DNA of 31,345 nucleotides, from the IMG/VR virus record IMGVR_UViG_3300027732_000081, positions 1 to 31,345 of that record. One strand, given 5' to 3'. The notes beneath the pieces were generated by a model, which did no database searches, was not told the DNA's origin, and worked only from the letters and a program-made list of their open reading frames with translations. This DNA is from a virus. Its lineage: Duplodnaviria > Caudoviricetes. This document shows, in pieces, positions 1 to 9,008 of this stretch. Every line of letters begins with the position of its first letter. The first letter of the stretch is position 1. A program made the translations under genes and the position numbers.

Positions 1-2039
1 GTGACCCGTTTGGCAATGAGGAAGAGGGACGCTCCCAGGTTGTCGCCATGGAGGTGCGCGACACTGTCAGCGCCATGATGCCCAGCCTTATGCGGGTATT
101 TTTCAGCACCGAGAATACTGTCGAATTCTTACCTCGCGGCCCAGAAGACGAGAAGGGTGCCCAGCAGGCCACTGATTATGCAAACCTAATCTTCAACTCG
201 GACAACAACGGGTTTATGACCACTTATGCGATCTTCAAGGATGCGCTGGTCAGGAAGTGCGGCATCGCCAAGTATTACTGGGAGGAAGAGGAAAAGGTCC
301 GCATCGAGGAGTACTCAGGCCTTGATGACCAGACCCTGCAAATCTTGTCCCAAGAGAATGCCGAGGTCAAGATCGTTGTGTCTTACCCTGACCCGGCGAT
401 CTCCCAAGAGATGATTGACCAGGTCAACGCGCAGGCCATGGCCGCAGGCCAACCGGCGCCGCAAGTGCCCATGATCCATGACGTGCAGATCAAGCGCATT
501 GTCAAAGATGGGCGCGTGCGCATCATGGCCGTGCCGCCCGAGGAGCTTGTGATTGATCGCCGGGCACGGTCCTTTGATGATGCTGCACTGATTGCTCACC
601 GCCAGATGCTGACGGTGGCCCAGTTGATCGCCATGGGCTATGACGAGGACGAGGTCCGCGACAACCTGACCTCTAACGACCTGGACTCCAACGAGGAGTT
701 TTTGGCGCGTCAGCCATTGAACAACATCACGGGCAACAACAACACAACCAACCCCATGATGCAGCGGGTTTTATACGTTGAGGCGTACTCCCAGGTGGAC
801 TATGACGGGGACGGCATCCCTGAGCTGCGCAAGATCTGCTGCATGGGTTCTGGCTACAACATTGTGCGCAACCTGCCGGCGTCCTACATTCCATTTGTTG
901 ACTTTCCTTGTGACCCAGAACCCCACACCTCGCCCCTAGAGTCCATGTCGATATTCGACATCACGCATGATTTGCAAGAGATCAAGTCCGAGATCTTGCG
1001 CAACACGCTGGACTCTTTGGCCCAGTCGATCCATCCCCGGACCGCGATTGTCGAGGGCCAGGTCAACATTGATGACGTGCTCAACAACGAGACGGGCGCC
1101 GTGATCAGGATGCGTGCCCCCGGCATGGTGCAGCCATTCAACACCCCCTTTGTGGGCCAGGCCGCATTTCCCATGCTGGACTATGTGGACCAAATTAAGG
1201 AAGACCGCACCGGCATGAGCAAGGCCGCCATGGGTTTGAATGCAGACGCATTGCAATCGAGCACCAAGGCCGCGGTGGCCGCCACCATCAGCGCAAGCCA
1301 GGGCCGCATTGAGCTGACCTCGCGCATCTTGGCCGAGGGCATGAAAAAGCTCTTTAGGGGTATTTTGTTTTTGATCACCACGCACCAGGACAAGCCCCGC
1401 ATGGTGCGCCTGCGCAACGAGTGGGTGCAGATCGATCCTCGCGCCTGGGATAACTCCATGGACGTGTCAATCAACATTGGCCTGGGCCAGGGTGACACAA
1501 ACGAGCGCTTGCAGGGTCTGATGATGATCATGCAAAAGCAAGAGCAAGCCCTCAGCACCATGGGTGCCGACAACCCCTTTGTGACCATGACCCAGTTTTC
1601 GCGCACGCTGCGCAAGATTGTGGAGTTGTCAGGGTTTCGGGATGCCAGCCAGTACTTCAAGGACGTGCCCGAGGGTTACATGCCGCCCGAAAAGCCCAAG
1701 ACCCCAACGCCAGAGCAGGTGCTGGCCCAGGTCCAGGCCGAGTCTATCCAGGCCGATATTCAGAAGAAGGCTGCCGAGCTTGAACTCAGGCGCGAGCAGA
1801 TGATTCGGGATGATGATTATCGTAGAGATCAAATGGCGCAGGACTTAATGCTCAAGAAGTACGAGCTTGAGTTAAAGTACGGTACTGCGATAAGTACTGC
1901 CGAGCTTGATGCCCAGCAGTCCTTGGACAGAGAGGCACTGATCCAGCAGTCAGCTCTCATGGCGCAGGCCATGCAGCAGCCGACCCAGGCTCCAGTGCCG
2001 CCCATCAACCCTAATAGTGGAATGGTCCAATTTCAATGA
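1..2039 (+). CDS. Portal protein (P22-like), 5' truncated by the window edge
   Basis: The frame is open from position 3 (DPFGNEEEGRSQVVA-M48...). It encodes 663+ aa with portal-like segments (FKDALVRKCGIAK, VPPEELVIDRRA, DLQEIKSEILRNTLD) and a C-terminal coiled coil, and lies upstream of scaffold and capsid. Confidence 0.9.
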   Translation, partial: DPFGNEEEGRSQVVAMEVRDTVSAMMPSLMRVFFSTENTVEFLPRGPEDEKGAQQATDYANLIFNSDNNGFMTTYAIFKDALVRKCGIAKYYWEEEEKVRIEEYSGLDDQTLQILSQENAEVKIVVSYPDPAISQEMIDQVNAQAMAAGQPAPQVPMIHDVQIKRIVKDGRVRIMAVPPEELVIDRRARSFDDAALIAHRQMLTVAQLIAMGYDEDEVRDNLTSNDLDSNEEFLARQPLNNITGNNNTTNPMMQRVLYVEAYSQVDYDGDGIPELRKICCMGSGYNIVRNLPASYIPFVDFPCDPEPHTSPLESMSIFDITHDLQEIKSEILRNTLDSLAQSIHPRTAIVEGQVNIDDVLNNETGAVIRMRAPGMVQPFNTPFVGQAAFPMLDYVDQIKEDRTGMSKAAMGLNADALQSSTKAAVAATISASQGRIELTSRILAEGMKKLFRGILFLITTHQDKPRMVRLRNEWVQIDPRAWDNSMDVSINIGLGQGDTNERLQGLMMIMQKQEQALSTMGADNPFVTMTQFSRTLRKIVELSGFRDASQYFKDVPEGYMPPEKPKTPTPEQVLAQVQAESIQADIQKKAAELELRREQMIRDDDYRRDQMAQDLMLKKYELELKYGTAISTAELDAQQSLDREALIQQSALMAQAMQQPTQAPVPPINPNSGMVQFQ

Positions 2040-2296
2040 ACGAAGAACAGGTGCGTAAGGGCCGAAAGGCCGAGCAGTTGCTGCAAGACGAGGTCTTTGC
2101 GGCTGCGCTGGAAAAGCTCGAGAACGAGCAGTTGTGGGTTTTCAAGGGCAGCAAGCCAGAGGAAACCGACAAGCGCGAGCAAGCATACGCAATGATCAAG
2201 GCCATTGAGTTGTTCAAGACCGAAGTCACCAAGATGGTGGACAACGGCAAACTGGCGCAGCGAGCAATTGAACGCGCCCAGAAAGTATTGGTATGA
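2036..2296 (+). CDS. Small helical protein between portal and scaffold
   Basis: 86 aa, with ATGA overlaps with both neighbours. This is a typical position in podovirus head modules. Confidence 0.8.
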   Translation: MNEEQVRKGRKAEQLLQDEVFAAALEKLENEQLWVFKGSKPEETDKREQAYAMIKAIELFKTEVTKMVDNGKLAQRAIERAQKVLV

Positions 2297-3288
2297 GCAC
2301 GCAGGCACCGCAAACCAGTGCGCCTGCTGGCCCAATGAATTTGGCCGAAGCGGCCAACGCTCTCGAGGTAATGCTGCCAGTCGATGGAGAACAGTCACCC
2401 GAAGAGACGCAGTTGTCAGAGTCCGAAGAGGATGATGGCGCGGCCTTGAACGAAGAATTGTCAGCGGATGCAGACGCTGCTGACGAGGAAACGCAAGAGG
2501 AACAGTCCGAGGAAGATGAGGAATCTGAGGAGCAAGATCAGCCAACCCACTTCACCGTCAAGGTTGACGGCAAAGAAGTTGAGGTGACGCTGGACGAGCT
2601 GCAAAAAGGTTACTCGCGGACCCAGGACTACACACGCAAAACGCAGCAGATCGCCGAGATCCGAAAACAGGTCGAGGTTGAGACTGAGGCAGTGCGTGCC
2701 GAACGTGCGCAGTATGCACAGATGTTGGGAGCGTTACAGGCCCAGCTCCAGGGGACCGAGACTCAGATTGATTGGGACCGTCTTTACCATGAAGACCCCA
2801 TCGAGTGGGTGCGGCAAAAAGAGGTGATGCGTGAGAAACAGGAAAAGCTCCAAGCTATTCAGTTTGAACAGCAACGAGTGGCCCAGCTCACGCAGCAAGA
2901 GCAGCAGCAGCATTTCCAGACGCATTTGCAGGCGCAGCACACAAAGATGCTCGAGGTCATTCCCGAGTGGAAGGACGTGGCAAAGGCGAAAACAGAAAAG
3001 CAGCTACTGGTCGAATTCGGTAAAAAGACTGGATTTACACCCGAGGAGTTGAGTGCCATTGTCGATCACAGGGCGGTTGTTGCGTTGCGTAAAGCAGCGC
3101 TGTACGACCAGATGATGACCAAGCGAAAAGCAATCACCCCCGTGACCAATAACGGTCCACGGCCAGCCAAGCCAGGTGCAGCAGGCCGGGTATCCCAAAC
3201 AACTGAAGCAACTCGCGCCAAACAGCGTCTCGCAAAGACTGGCCGTGTCGATGATGCGGCCTCTGCAATCTACCAACTTTTGAGGTAA
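2293..3288 (+). CDS. Capsid scaffolding protein
   Basis: Very acidic N-terminus, VKVDGKEVEVTLDELQKGYSRTQDYTRKTQ motif, coiled coil, basic C-terminus; directly upstream of the major capsid gene. Confidence 0.88.
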   Translation: MSTQAPQTSAPAGPMNLAEAANALEVMLPVDGEQSPEETQLSESEEDDGAALNEELSADADAADEETQEEQSEEDEESEEQDQPTHFTVKVDGKEVEVTLDELQKGYSRTQDYTRKTQQIAEIRKQVEVETEAVRAERAQYAQMLGALQAQLQGTETQIDWDRLYHEDPIEWVRQKEVMREKQEKLQAIQFEQQRVAQLTQQEQQQHFQTHLQAQHTKMLEVIPEWKDVAKAKTEKQLLVEFGKKTGFTPEELSAIVDHRAVVALRKAALYDQMMTKRKAITPVTNNGPRPAKPGAAGRVSQTTEATRAKQRLAKTGRVDDAASAIYQLLR

Positions 3289-3292
3289 AACC

Positions 3293-4255
3293 ATGACTAT
3301 CGTAAGCAATACCTTCACGACCTACTCTGCAAAGGGTATCCGCGAAGACCTGAGCAATGTGATCACCAACATTGCTCCCGAAGAAACCCCATACCAATCC
3401 AACATTGGCCGCGAAACCGTCAACAACACTTTGTTTGAGTGGCAGACCGATACCCTGGCAGATGCCGCAGCAAATGCGCAGCTCGAGGGTGATGACGTTG
3501 GCACATTTGACTCTGTCACCGCCACCGTTCGTTTGACCAACTACGCTCAGATTTCGCGCAAGACTATTGTCTTGTCGAATACTGAAGAAGTAGTAAATAA
3601 GGCAGGCAGACGCTCTGAATTAGCATACCAAATAGCTAAACGCGGTAGCGAGCTAAAGCGGGACCAAGAATTCATTCTTTTGAATGGCGGCATTGCTGTT
3701 GCAGGCAACACCACCACGGCTCGCGTGACTGCCTCCTTGGGCGCGTTTGTCAAGACCAACACTGACAAGCAGACCAACGGCACTGATCCCAGCTACAGCA
3801 CGCTGCCCAACAGCGCTCGCACTGACGGCAACGTGCGCACCTTCACTGAGACGATCCTCAAGAACGTCATTCAAAAGGTGTGGACTGCTGGCGGCACTCC
3901 GAAGATCCTGATGGTCGGTCCTGTCAACAAGCAGCGCGTGTCTGGTTTCTCTGGCATTGCATCTTCACGTTTCAACATAAATGGAGGTGAAAAGCCTGCC
4001 GTATTGATCGGCGCCGTTGACATTTATGTCAGCGATTTCGGAAACGTGGCCGTAATTGCGAACAGGTTCCAACGTGAGCGTGACGCATGGGTGCTTGATC
4101 CCGACTATGCCAAGATGGTTGTGCTGCGTCCTTACCAGCAATTAGAACTTGCTCGCTCAGGAGACGCCGAAAAACGAATGCTTTTGGTTGAATTCGGACA
4201 TAAGGTCACAGCAGAAAATGCCCACGGCTTGGCTGCTGACTTGATCACTTCCTGA
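3293..4255 (+). CDS. Major capsid protein (DUF5309-like)
   Basis: 320 aa with REDLSNVITNIAPEETP, FEWQTDTL, NYAQI and YVSDFG motifs. A GAGGT RBS precedes it, and it follows the scaffold gene. Confidence 0.9.
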   Translation: MTIVSNTFTTYSAKGIREDLSNVITNIAPEETPYQSNIGRETVNNTLFEWQTDTLADAAANAQLEGDDVGTFDSVTATVRLTNYAQISRKTIVLSNTEEVVNKAGRRSELAYQIAKRGSELKRDQEFILLNGGIAVAGNTTTARVTASLGAFVKTNTDKQTNGTDPSYSTLPNSARTDGNVRTFTETILKNVIQKVWTAGGTPKILMVGPVNKQRVSGFSGIASSRFNINGGEKPAVLIGAVDIYVSDFGNVAVIANRFQRERDAWVLDPDYAKMVVLRPYQQLELARSGDAEKRMLLVEFGHKVTAENAHGLAADLITS

Positions 4256-4271
4256 TAACTGACTAGGAGAC

Positions 4272-4293
4272 GGGGCCAGGGAAACCTGGCCCC
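4272..4293 (+). promoter_or_regulatory. Perfect 9-bp GC hairpin with GAAA tetraloop after the capsid gene
   Basis: GGGGCCAGG-GAAA-CCTGGCCCC with no U-tract. It lies between AGGAG (4265-4269) and the ATG at 4300. Confidence 0.75.
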
Positions 4294-4299
4294 ACTTAC

Positions 4300-4614
4300 A
4301 TGGACAAAAGAATTCTTGATGTAAGCCCCGACAAGGGCATCACGCGCACCTGGCACTACAACTCAGACACTGACGAGGCGACTATCCAGACCACTCAGGA
4401 CATGACTGACGTGATCGAGGCCAACAAGCGTGACTTTGCAGCCATTGACAACAGGGCCAACTGGACCGGCGAGTGGCATCATGTCGCCAGCATCCCAGAG
4501 ACCTTGTATTACAAGCTGAAAGCCGAAGGCAAGCTCGATGACCAGGCTTACATGAAGAAATTCTTAAATGATCCAGACAATCGATTCTTTCGCGTGAGGC
4601 CCGGCCAAGTATGA
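4300..4614 (+). CDS. Hypothetical protein of the head module
   Basis: 104-aa ORF in operon order, overlapping the next gene by ATGA. Confidence 0.8.
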   Translation: MDKRILDVSPDKGITRTWHYNSDTDEATIQTTQDMTDVIEANKRDFAAIDNRANWTGEWHHVASIPETLYYKLKAEGKLDDQAYMKKFLNDPDNRFFRVRPGQV

Positions 4615-5264
4615 ACTACATCGCGGTTTGCACCCCAGCACGGGACCAAGTCCACACCAACTACACCTATTGCATGGTCAACATGGTGGCGTATCACACG
4701 CTCAACACCACTGATGCCATCAGTCTGAAAATATTGCAGGGAACGTTGATTCAGAACCAGCGTGCTGATTTGTGCCTAGATGCGTTGCGTGAGGGTTGCA
4801 CGCACATCTTGTTCATTGACTCAGACATGACCTTCCCCCAGGAAATGATCCAGCGGTTGCTGAAACATGACGTTGACATTGTTGCGGCCAACTGCGCAAG
4901 GCGCAGGATGCCCACAGGTCCAACCGCGCAGAACTATGACGAAAACGGCAAGCGCAAACCCGTCTATTCCCTGCCAGAATCAACTGGTCTTGAAGAGGTT
5001 GGCAGCGTTGGCACCGGCATCATGCTGATCAAGCGCAACGTCTTTGAGGGCATGAGCGAACCCTGGTTCGATATGCCTTGGCAGTATGACACCAGAGGCT
5101 ACATGGGCGAGGACGTATTCTTTTGCAAGAAGGCGCAAGAGCTTGGGTTCAAGGTGTATATTGACCATGACGTGAGCAAAGAGATCGGCCACATTGGCAC
5201 GTTTGAATTTAAGCACGAACACACCTGGATAGTTAAAGAGGAAATGGAAAAAGAGGCAAGCTGA
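4611..5264 (+). CDS. GT-A fold (GT2-like) glycosyltransferase
   Basis: N-terminal strand IAVCTP, DxD motif THILFIDSDMTFP, GTGIMLIKRNVFE, catalytic-type GEDVFFC, and a C-terminal GHIG. Confidence 0.82.
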   Translation: MNYIAVCTPARDQVHTNYTYCMVNMVAYHTLNTTDAISLKILQGTLIQNQRADLCLDALREGCTHILFIDSDMTFPQEMIQRLLKHDVDIVAANCARRRMPTGPTAQNYDENGKRKPVYSLPESTGLEEVGSVGTGIMLIKRNVFEGMSEPWFDMPWQYDTRGYMGEDVFFCKKAQELGFKVYIDHDVSKEIGHIGTFEFKHEHTWIVKEEMEKEAS

Positions 5265-5887
5265 TGGCACTGACTACATATACCGAGTTAAAAACATCAG
5301 TTGGCGATTGGCTCAACCGCACCGACCTGACAACTGTTGTCCCCGATTTCATCGCGCTGGCCGAGGCTCAGATCGAGCGCCAACTGCGCACCCGGCAGAT
5401 GATCGTCAGATCCACTGCGTCAATTGCCACTGAGTACAGCGCGGTGCCTGATGATTTTCTGGAGACAAAGTCCATCAAGCTCACCGGCACCAACCCCGTC
5501 ACGCCTTTGGGCTTTGAGACGATTGATTCACTTGACTCCTTGAGTGTGCAGTACCGATCCAGTGGCGTGCCGATCTTCTTTGGCATTGTGGGCGGCCAGA
5601 TCCGAGTGCTGCCAATCCCTGATGCTGCCTACACTGCCGAACTGGCCTATTACGCAAAGTTGTCAAAGTTGTCAGCCAGCGTGACAACCAACTGGCTGCT
5701 GGCTCAAGCGCCTGACGTTTACCTCTACGGCGCCTTGCTCCAGGCTGCGCCATACCTACAGGATGATGCGAGAATCACAGTGTGGTCAGCGCTGTATCAG
5801 GCAGGACTTGATCAGTTGCAGATTGCAGATGATCGAGGTTCTACCAGTGGCGGCGCATTGCTGACCAGGGCAAAAACATTTGGGTGA
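5264..5887 (+). CDS. Head-to-tail adaptor / connector protein
   Basis: TTYTELKTSVGDWLNRTDL...FIALAEA...TNWLL...PDVYLYGALLQAAPYL pattern typical of podovirus adaptor proteins; position after the capsid gene. Confidence 0.75.
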   Translation: MALTTYTELKTSVGDWLNRTDLTTVVPDFIALAEAQIERQLRTRQMIVRSTASIATEYSAVPDDFLETKSIKLTGTNPVTPLGFETIDSLDSLSVQYRSSGVPIFFGIVGGQIRVLPIPDAAYTAELAYYAKLSKLSASVTTNWLLAQAPDVYLYGALLQAAPYLQDDARITVWSALYQAGLDQLQIADDRGSTSGGALLTRAKTFG

Positions 5888-5891
5888 TTAA

Positions 5892-6077
5892 ATGGTAACG
5901 ACAACCAAGGGCGAGATGGACGAGTCACTGCTGGAAAAGCGTGAGGGGTCCATTGACAACGATACTGAAACCACAAGCTGGGTTGAGTATTGGCATGAGG
6001 GTGAGTTGGTCCATCGATCAGTCAACATGGTGCTAAAGCGCGGCGTCTTTGCCGAAGGCATCAGTCAACAAATTTGA
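5892..6077 (+). CDS. Small hypothetical protein
   Basis: 61-aa ORF that fills the gap between the adaptor and the next structural gene. Confidence 0.65.
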   Translation: MVTTTKGEMDESLLEKREGSIDNDTETTSWVEYWHEGELVHRSVNMVLKRGVFAEGISQQI

Positions 6078-6087
6078 GGGTTAAATC

Positions 6088-6543
6088 ATGGCGAATACTC
6101 AGGCAATGTGCACGAGCTTCAAAGGTGAGCTGCTTGTCGGCCACCACAACTTTGGCACTGGCGTTGTCCGAGGCGCCACCACGGCAGATACCTTCAAGGC
6201 TGCCCTGTACCTGGCCTCTGCCACCGTCAATGCGTCCACCACGGCATACAGCGCGACAAATGAAGTGTCTGGCACTGGGTACACGGCTGGCGGCGTCACA
6301 GTGACCTTTGGCACGGCTCCAAGCACCTCTGGAACCACGGCATTTGTCACGCCCAGCGCCAGCATCACTTACAGCGCGGTGACCCTCTCCACGGCCTTTG
6401 ACGCAGTCTTGATCTACAACTCGACCCAGTCCAACAAGGCAGTCAGCGTCCACACTTTCGGCAGCCAGACCGTGACTGCTGGAACCTTCACGCTGACCAT
6501 GCCAACCAATGATGCAAGCACCGGCCTGATTCGGCTGGCGTAA
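6088..6543 (+). CDS. Thr/Ala-rich beta-strand virion structural protein
   Basis: 151 aa (FKAALY, NEVSGTGYTAGG, LIYNST, TAGTFTLTMP) with a GAGG RBS; lies in the tail module. Confidence 0.75.
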   Translation: MANTQAMCTSFKGELLVGHHNFGTGVVRGATTADTFKAALYLASATVNASTTAYSATNEVSGTGYTAGGVTVTFGTAPSTSGTTAFVTPSASITYSAVTLSTAFDAVLIYNSTQSNKAVSVHTFGSQTVTAGTFTLTMPTNDASTGLIRLA

Positions 6544-6558
6544 CGCAGGGGCAGCACC

Positions 6559-7266
6559 ATGGCTGCTTACGGCACAGGCTATTACGGCAAGGGCGTCTAC
6601 AACATTGGCAATGTTGTCATCAGTGGCAACGCTGCCACTGGCGCCGTTGGCACTGTACTGGCCGACAGATCAATTCAAGAAGATGGAACCATTGCCACCG
6701 GCAATGTCGGTACCGTCACACTCACCATCGCCATTGCCATCACGGGCAATGCCGCCACGGGTGCCGTTGGCACGCTGGCGCCAGATTCATCCCAAGCAGT
6801 CACAGGCAATGCGGCCACACTGGCCGTTGGCACTGTCGCGCCTGCCGGGTCAATTGACGTAAGTGGCAACGCTGCCACTGGTGCAGTTGACTCTGTTGGG
6901 GTAACCCGGTCCACGGCCACAACTGGCAACGCTGCCACTGGTGCTGTTGGCACTATGTCGGCAGAGGTGATCTCTTTTCAGGCCATCACAGGTGTTTCTG
7001 GGACTGGCGCTGTTGGCAGTGTGTCAAACGTCATCACTGTTGCGATAATCGGCAACGAGGCAGTGGGATCTGTTGGTGTAATGGTTGGGTTTGGATGGGG
7101 GTCGATTCCCGACACATCAGAAACCTGGACCGCCCAGTCAGATACACCAGAGACATGGGCGCCAGTGTCCGACACGGCAGAGACATGGACTCCAGAGTCA
7201 GACACGTCAGAGACCTGGACACAGATCGCAGACAATTCAGAAACATGGACGCAAGTCCCAGCATGA
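6559..7266 (+). CDS. Repeat-rich tail or fibre-associated structural protein
   Basis: About 20-aa GNAATGAVGT repeats followed by five 10-aa DTxETW repeats; upstream of the tail fibre. Confidence 0.75.
   Translation: MAAYGTGYYGKGVYNIGNVVISGNAATGAVGTVLADRSIQEDGTIATGNVGTVTLTIAIAITGNAATGAVGTLAPDSSQAVTGNAATLAVGTVAPAGSIDVSGNAATGAVDSVGVTRSTATTGNAATGAVGTMSAEVISFQAITGVSGTGAVGSVSNVITVAIIGNEAVGSVGVMVGFGWGSIPDTSETWTAQSDTPETWAPVSDTAETWTPESDTSETWTQIADNSETWTQVPA
6621..7080 (+). repeat. Degenerate 60-bp-period coding repeat (GNAATGAVGT)
   Basis: GGCAACGCTGCCACTGG at 6625, 6865 and 6925, with variants at 6745 and 6805. Confidence 0.8.
7111..7260 (+). repeat. 5 x 30-bp degenerate tandem coding repeat (D-T/N-x-E-T-W)
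   Basis: Units begin at 7111, 7141, 7171, 7201 and 7231; each contains CAGA(A/G)AC(A/C)TGG. Confidence 0.9.
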
Positions 7267-7275
7267 AAGTGAACT

Positions 7276-8544
7276 ATGGCAGATACCACAACAACCAACC
7301 TTTTATTGACCAAGCCCGAGGTGGGGGCCAGCACTGACACTTGGGGCACAAAGATCAATACTGACCTTGACAGCGTTGACGCAGTCTTTGCGGCTGCTGG
7401 CACAGGCACAAGCGTTGGCTTGAATGTCGGGTCTGGAAAGACAATCACGCTTGCTGGCACAACTAAATTTTCTGGCTCGACATCAGGGACAACCACACTG
7501 CAAGCAACTGCGGTGGCTGGTACTACCACTTTGACGCTTCCTGCGGCTACTGACACTTTGGTTGGTAAGGCAACGACTGATACGCTGACCAATAAGACGT
7601 TGACGGGTGCGGCAATGAATGGTACTTTGGGGGCTACTACTGCTAGTACAGTAGCGGCAACCACACTCACCACATCATCGACTGTTACGCACAATGGCGG
7701 CACTGCCAATGGAGTTCCTTATTTGGATGGCTCCAAGGTGCTGACTACGGGCAGTGCGTTGGTGTTTGATGGTGCGAATTTGGGTGTGGGTGTTACGCCT
7801 AGTGCTTGGAGAAGCACTTTTAAAGCATTGCAAATACTAGGGACTGCAACATTATCAAGCAACAATAACACCACAGTTTATTTAGGTTCAAACTGGTACT
7901 CCAACAGCTCTAACCAAGATGTTTACACTGTAACCGGAGCCGCTGGTATTTATGCCATAAGTGCTGGTCTTCATGTTTGGTACAACGCCCCCTCTGGCAC
8001 AGCAGGTAATGTTGCCACCTTCACCCAAGCATTGACCCTTAACACCAATGGTGTTTTGGCTTTGCAAGGCGCATCAACATCAGCCACAGGCGTAGGCATC
8101 ACCTTCCCCGCAACTCAATCAGCATCAACTGACGCAAACACGCTAGATGATTATGAAGAGGGGTCATGGACACCAGCTATTGCGTTTGGGGGAGCATCAG
8201 TCGGCGTAACTTACAATGCGGCTACAGCAGGCAGTTATGTCAAAATCGGAAGGCAAGTCACCGTTACCGGGTTAATTATTTTGACGAGCAAAGGGAGTAG
8301 TGTTGGGAGCGCAAGTTTGACGGGTCTTCCGTTCCCCATCTCTAACACCAATGGGGCATATTCGGGTGTTGCCCTAAGGTTTACCGCCATAACTTTTACC
8401 GGGCAAGTTCAAGCCTACACCGTTATTAGCACGACAACCATATCCTTCGAAAATGTCAGTGAAGCCGGGTCTAATCAGCCTCTAACTAACACAAATTTTG
8501 CAAATAACAGCGATGTACTAATTTCTCTTACATACTTTGTTTAA
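7276..8544 (+). CDS. Tail fibre / receptor-binding protein
   Basis: N-terminal anchor [38 protein letters not shown] shaft motif, [14 protein letters not shown] and [11 protein letters not shown]-terminal domain; T/G/S/A-rich. Confidence 0.85.
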   Translation: MADTTTTNLLLTKPEVGASTDTWGTKINTDLDSVDAVFAAAGTGTSVGLNVGSGKTITLAGTTKFSGSTSGTTTLQATAVAGTTTLTLPAATDTLVGKATTDTLTNKTLTGAAMNGTLGATTASTVAATTLTTSSTVTHNGGTANGVPYLDGSKVLTTGSALVFDGANLGVGVTPSAWRSTFKALQILGTATLSSNNNTTVYLGSNWYSNSSNQDVYTVTGAAGIYAISAGLHVWYNAPSGTAGNVATFTQALTLNTNGVLALQGASTSATGVGITFPATQSASTDANTLDDYEEGSWTPAIAFGGASVGVTYNAATAGSYVKIGRQVTVTGLIILTSKGSSVGSASLTGLPFPISNTNGAYSGVALRFTAITFTGQVQAYTVISTTTISFENVSEAGSNQPLTNTNFANNSDVLISLTYFV

Positions 8545-8554
8545 GGAAACCCTC

Positions 8555-8800
8555 ATGTCAATCACCAAAACCACCACTGTTGACCAAATCACCGTCAATG
8601 AGAACGGCATCGTTCTTTATCGTGAAGCCACACGCATCATGGAAGATGGCAACGAATTGAGCCAAACCTACCACCGTTCCAGCCTGACCCCAGGCCAAGA
8701 CCTGACAGGCATTCCTGCCAATGTCGTTGCAATCTGCAATGTGGCTTGGACTGCTGAAGTCATTGCGGCGTATCAAGCTGCACAAGCTGAGAATGCTTGA
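8555..8800 (+). CDS. Small tail-fibre-associated protein (possible assembly chaperone)
   Basis: ATG 8555 follows AAGGAA; immediately downstream of the fibre gene. Confidence 0.65.
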   Translation: MSITKTTTVDQITVNENGIVLYREATRIMEDGNELSQTYHRSSLTPGQDLTGIPANVVAICNVAWTAEVIAAYQAAQAENA

Positions 8801-8805
8801 CCGTA

Positions 8806-9003
8806 ATGTCTGACTCCACTGAGACCAGGCTGGCAGTGCATGAGGCCATTTGCACAGAGAGGATGAAATTCATTTCTGACTCTCTTGCAAAGGGGTCAGA
8901 GCGCATGACAAAGATAGAGTATTTGCTCTACGCCGTGATCGTGGCCGTCTTGCTTGGTCCTGGTGCTGCTGCCTCTGTGTTTTCTAAGATCTTTGGTTTG
9001 TAG
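8806..9003 (+). CDS. Small membrane protein (coiled coil plus TM; holin/XhlA-like architecture)
   Basis: RLAVHEAICTER, then a hydrophobic segment YLLYAVIVAVLLG. The start may be 8797 or 8806. Confidence 0.65.
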   Translation: MSDSTETRLAVHEAICTERMKFISDSLAKGSERMTKIEYLLYAVIVAVLLGPGAAASVFSKIFGL

Positions 9004-9008
9004 CAAAT

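Noticed and set aside
7111-7260. 30-bp periodic repeats as a CRISPR array
   Set aside because: The repeats are in frame, degenerate at synonymous positions and have no unique spacers. This is a protein repeat.
6978-7709. 243-aa minus-strand ORF
   Set aside because: It is the antisense mirror of Thr/Gly-rich repeat codons of the tail genes (Val/Pro-rich).
7276-8544. Diversity-generating retroelement or invertible segment acting on the tail fibre
   Set aside because: No reverse transcriptase or recombinase ORF, and no second copy of the fibre 3' region was noticed.
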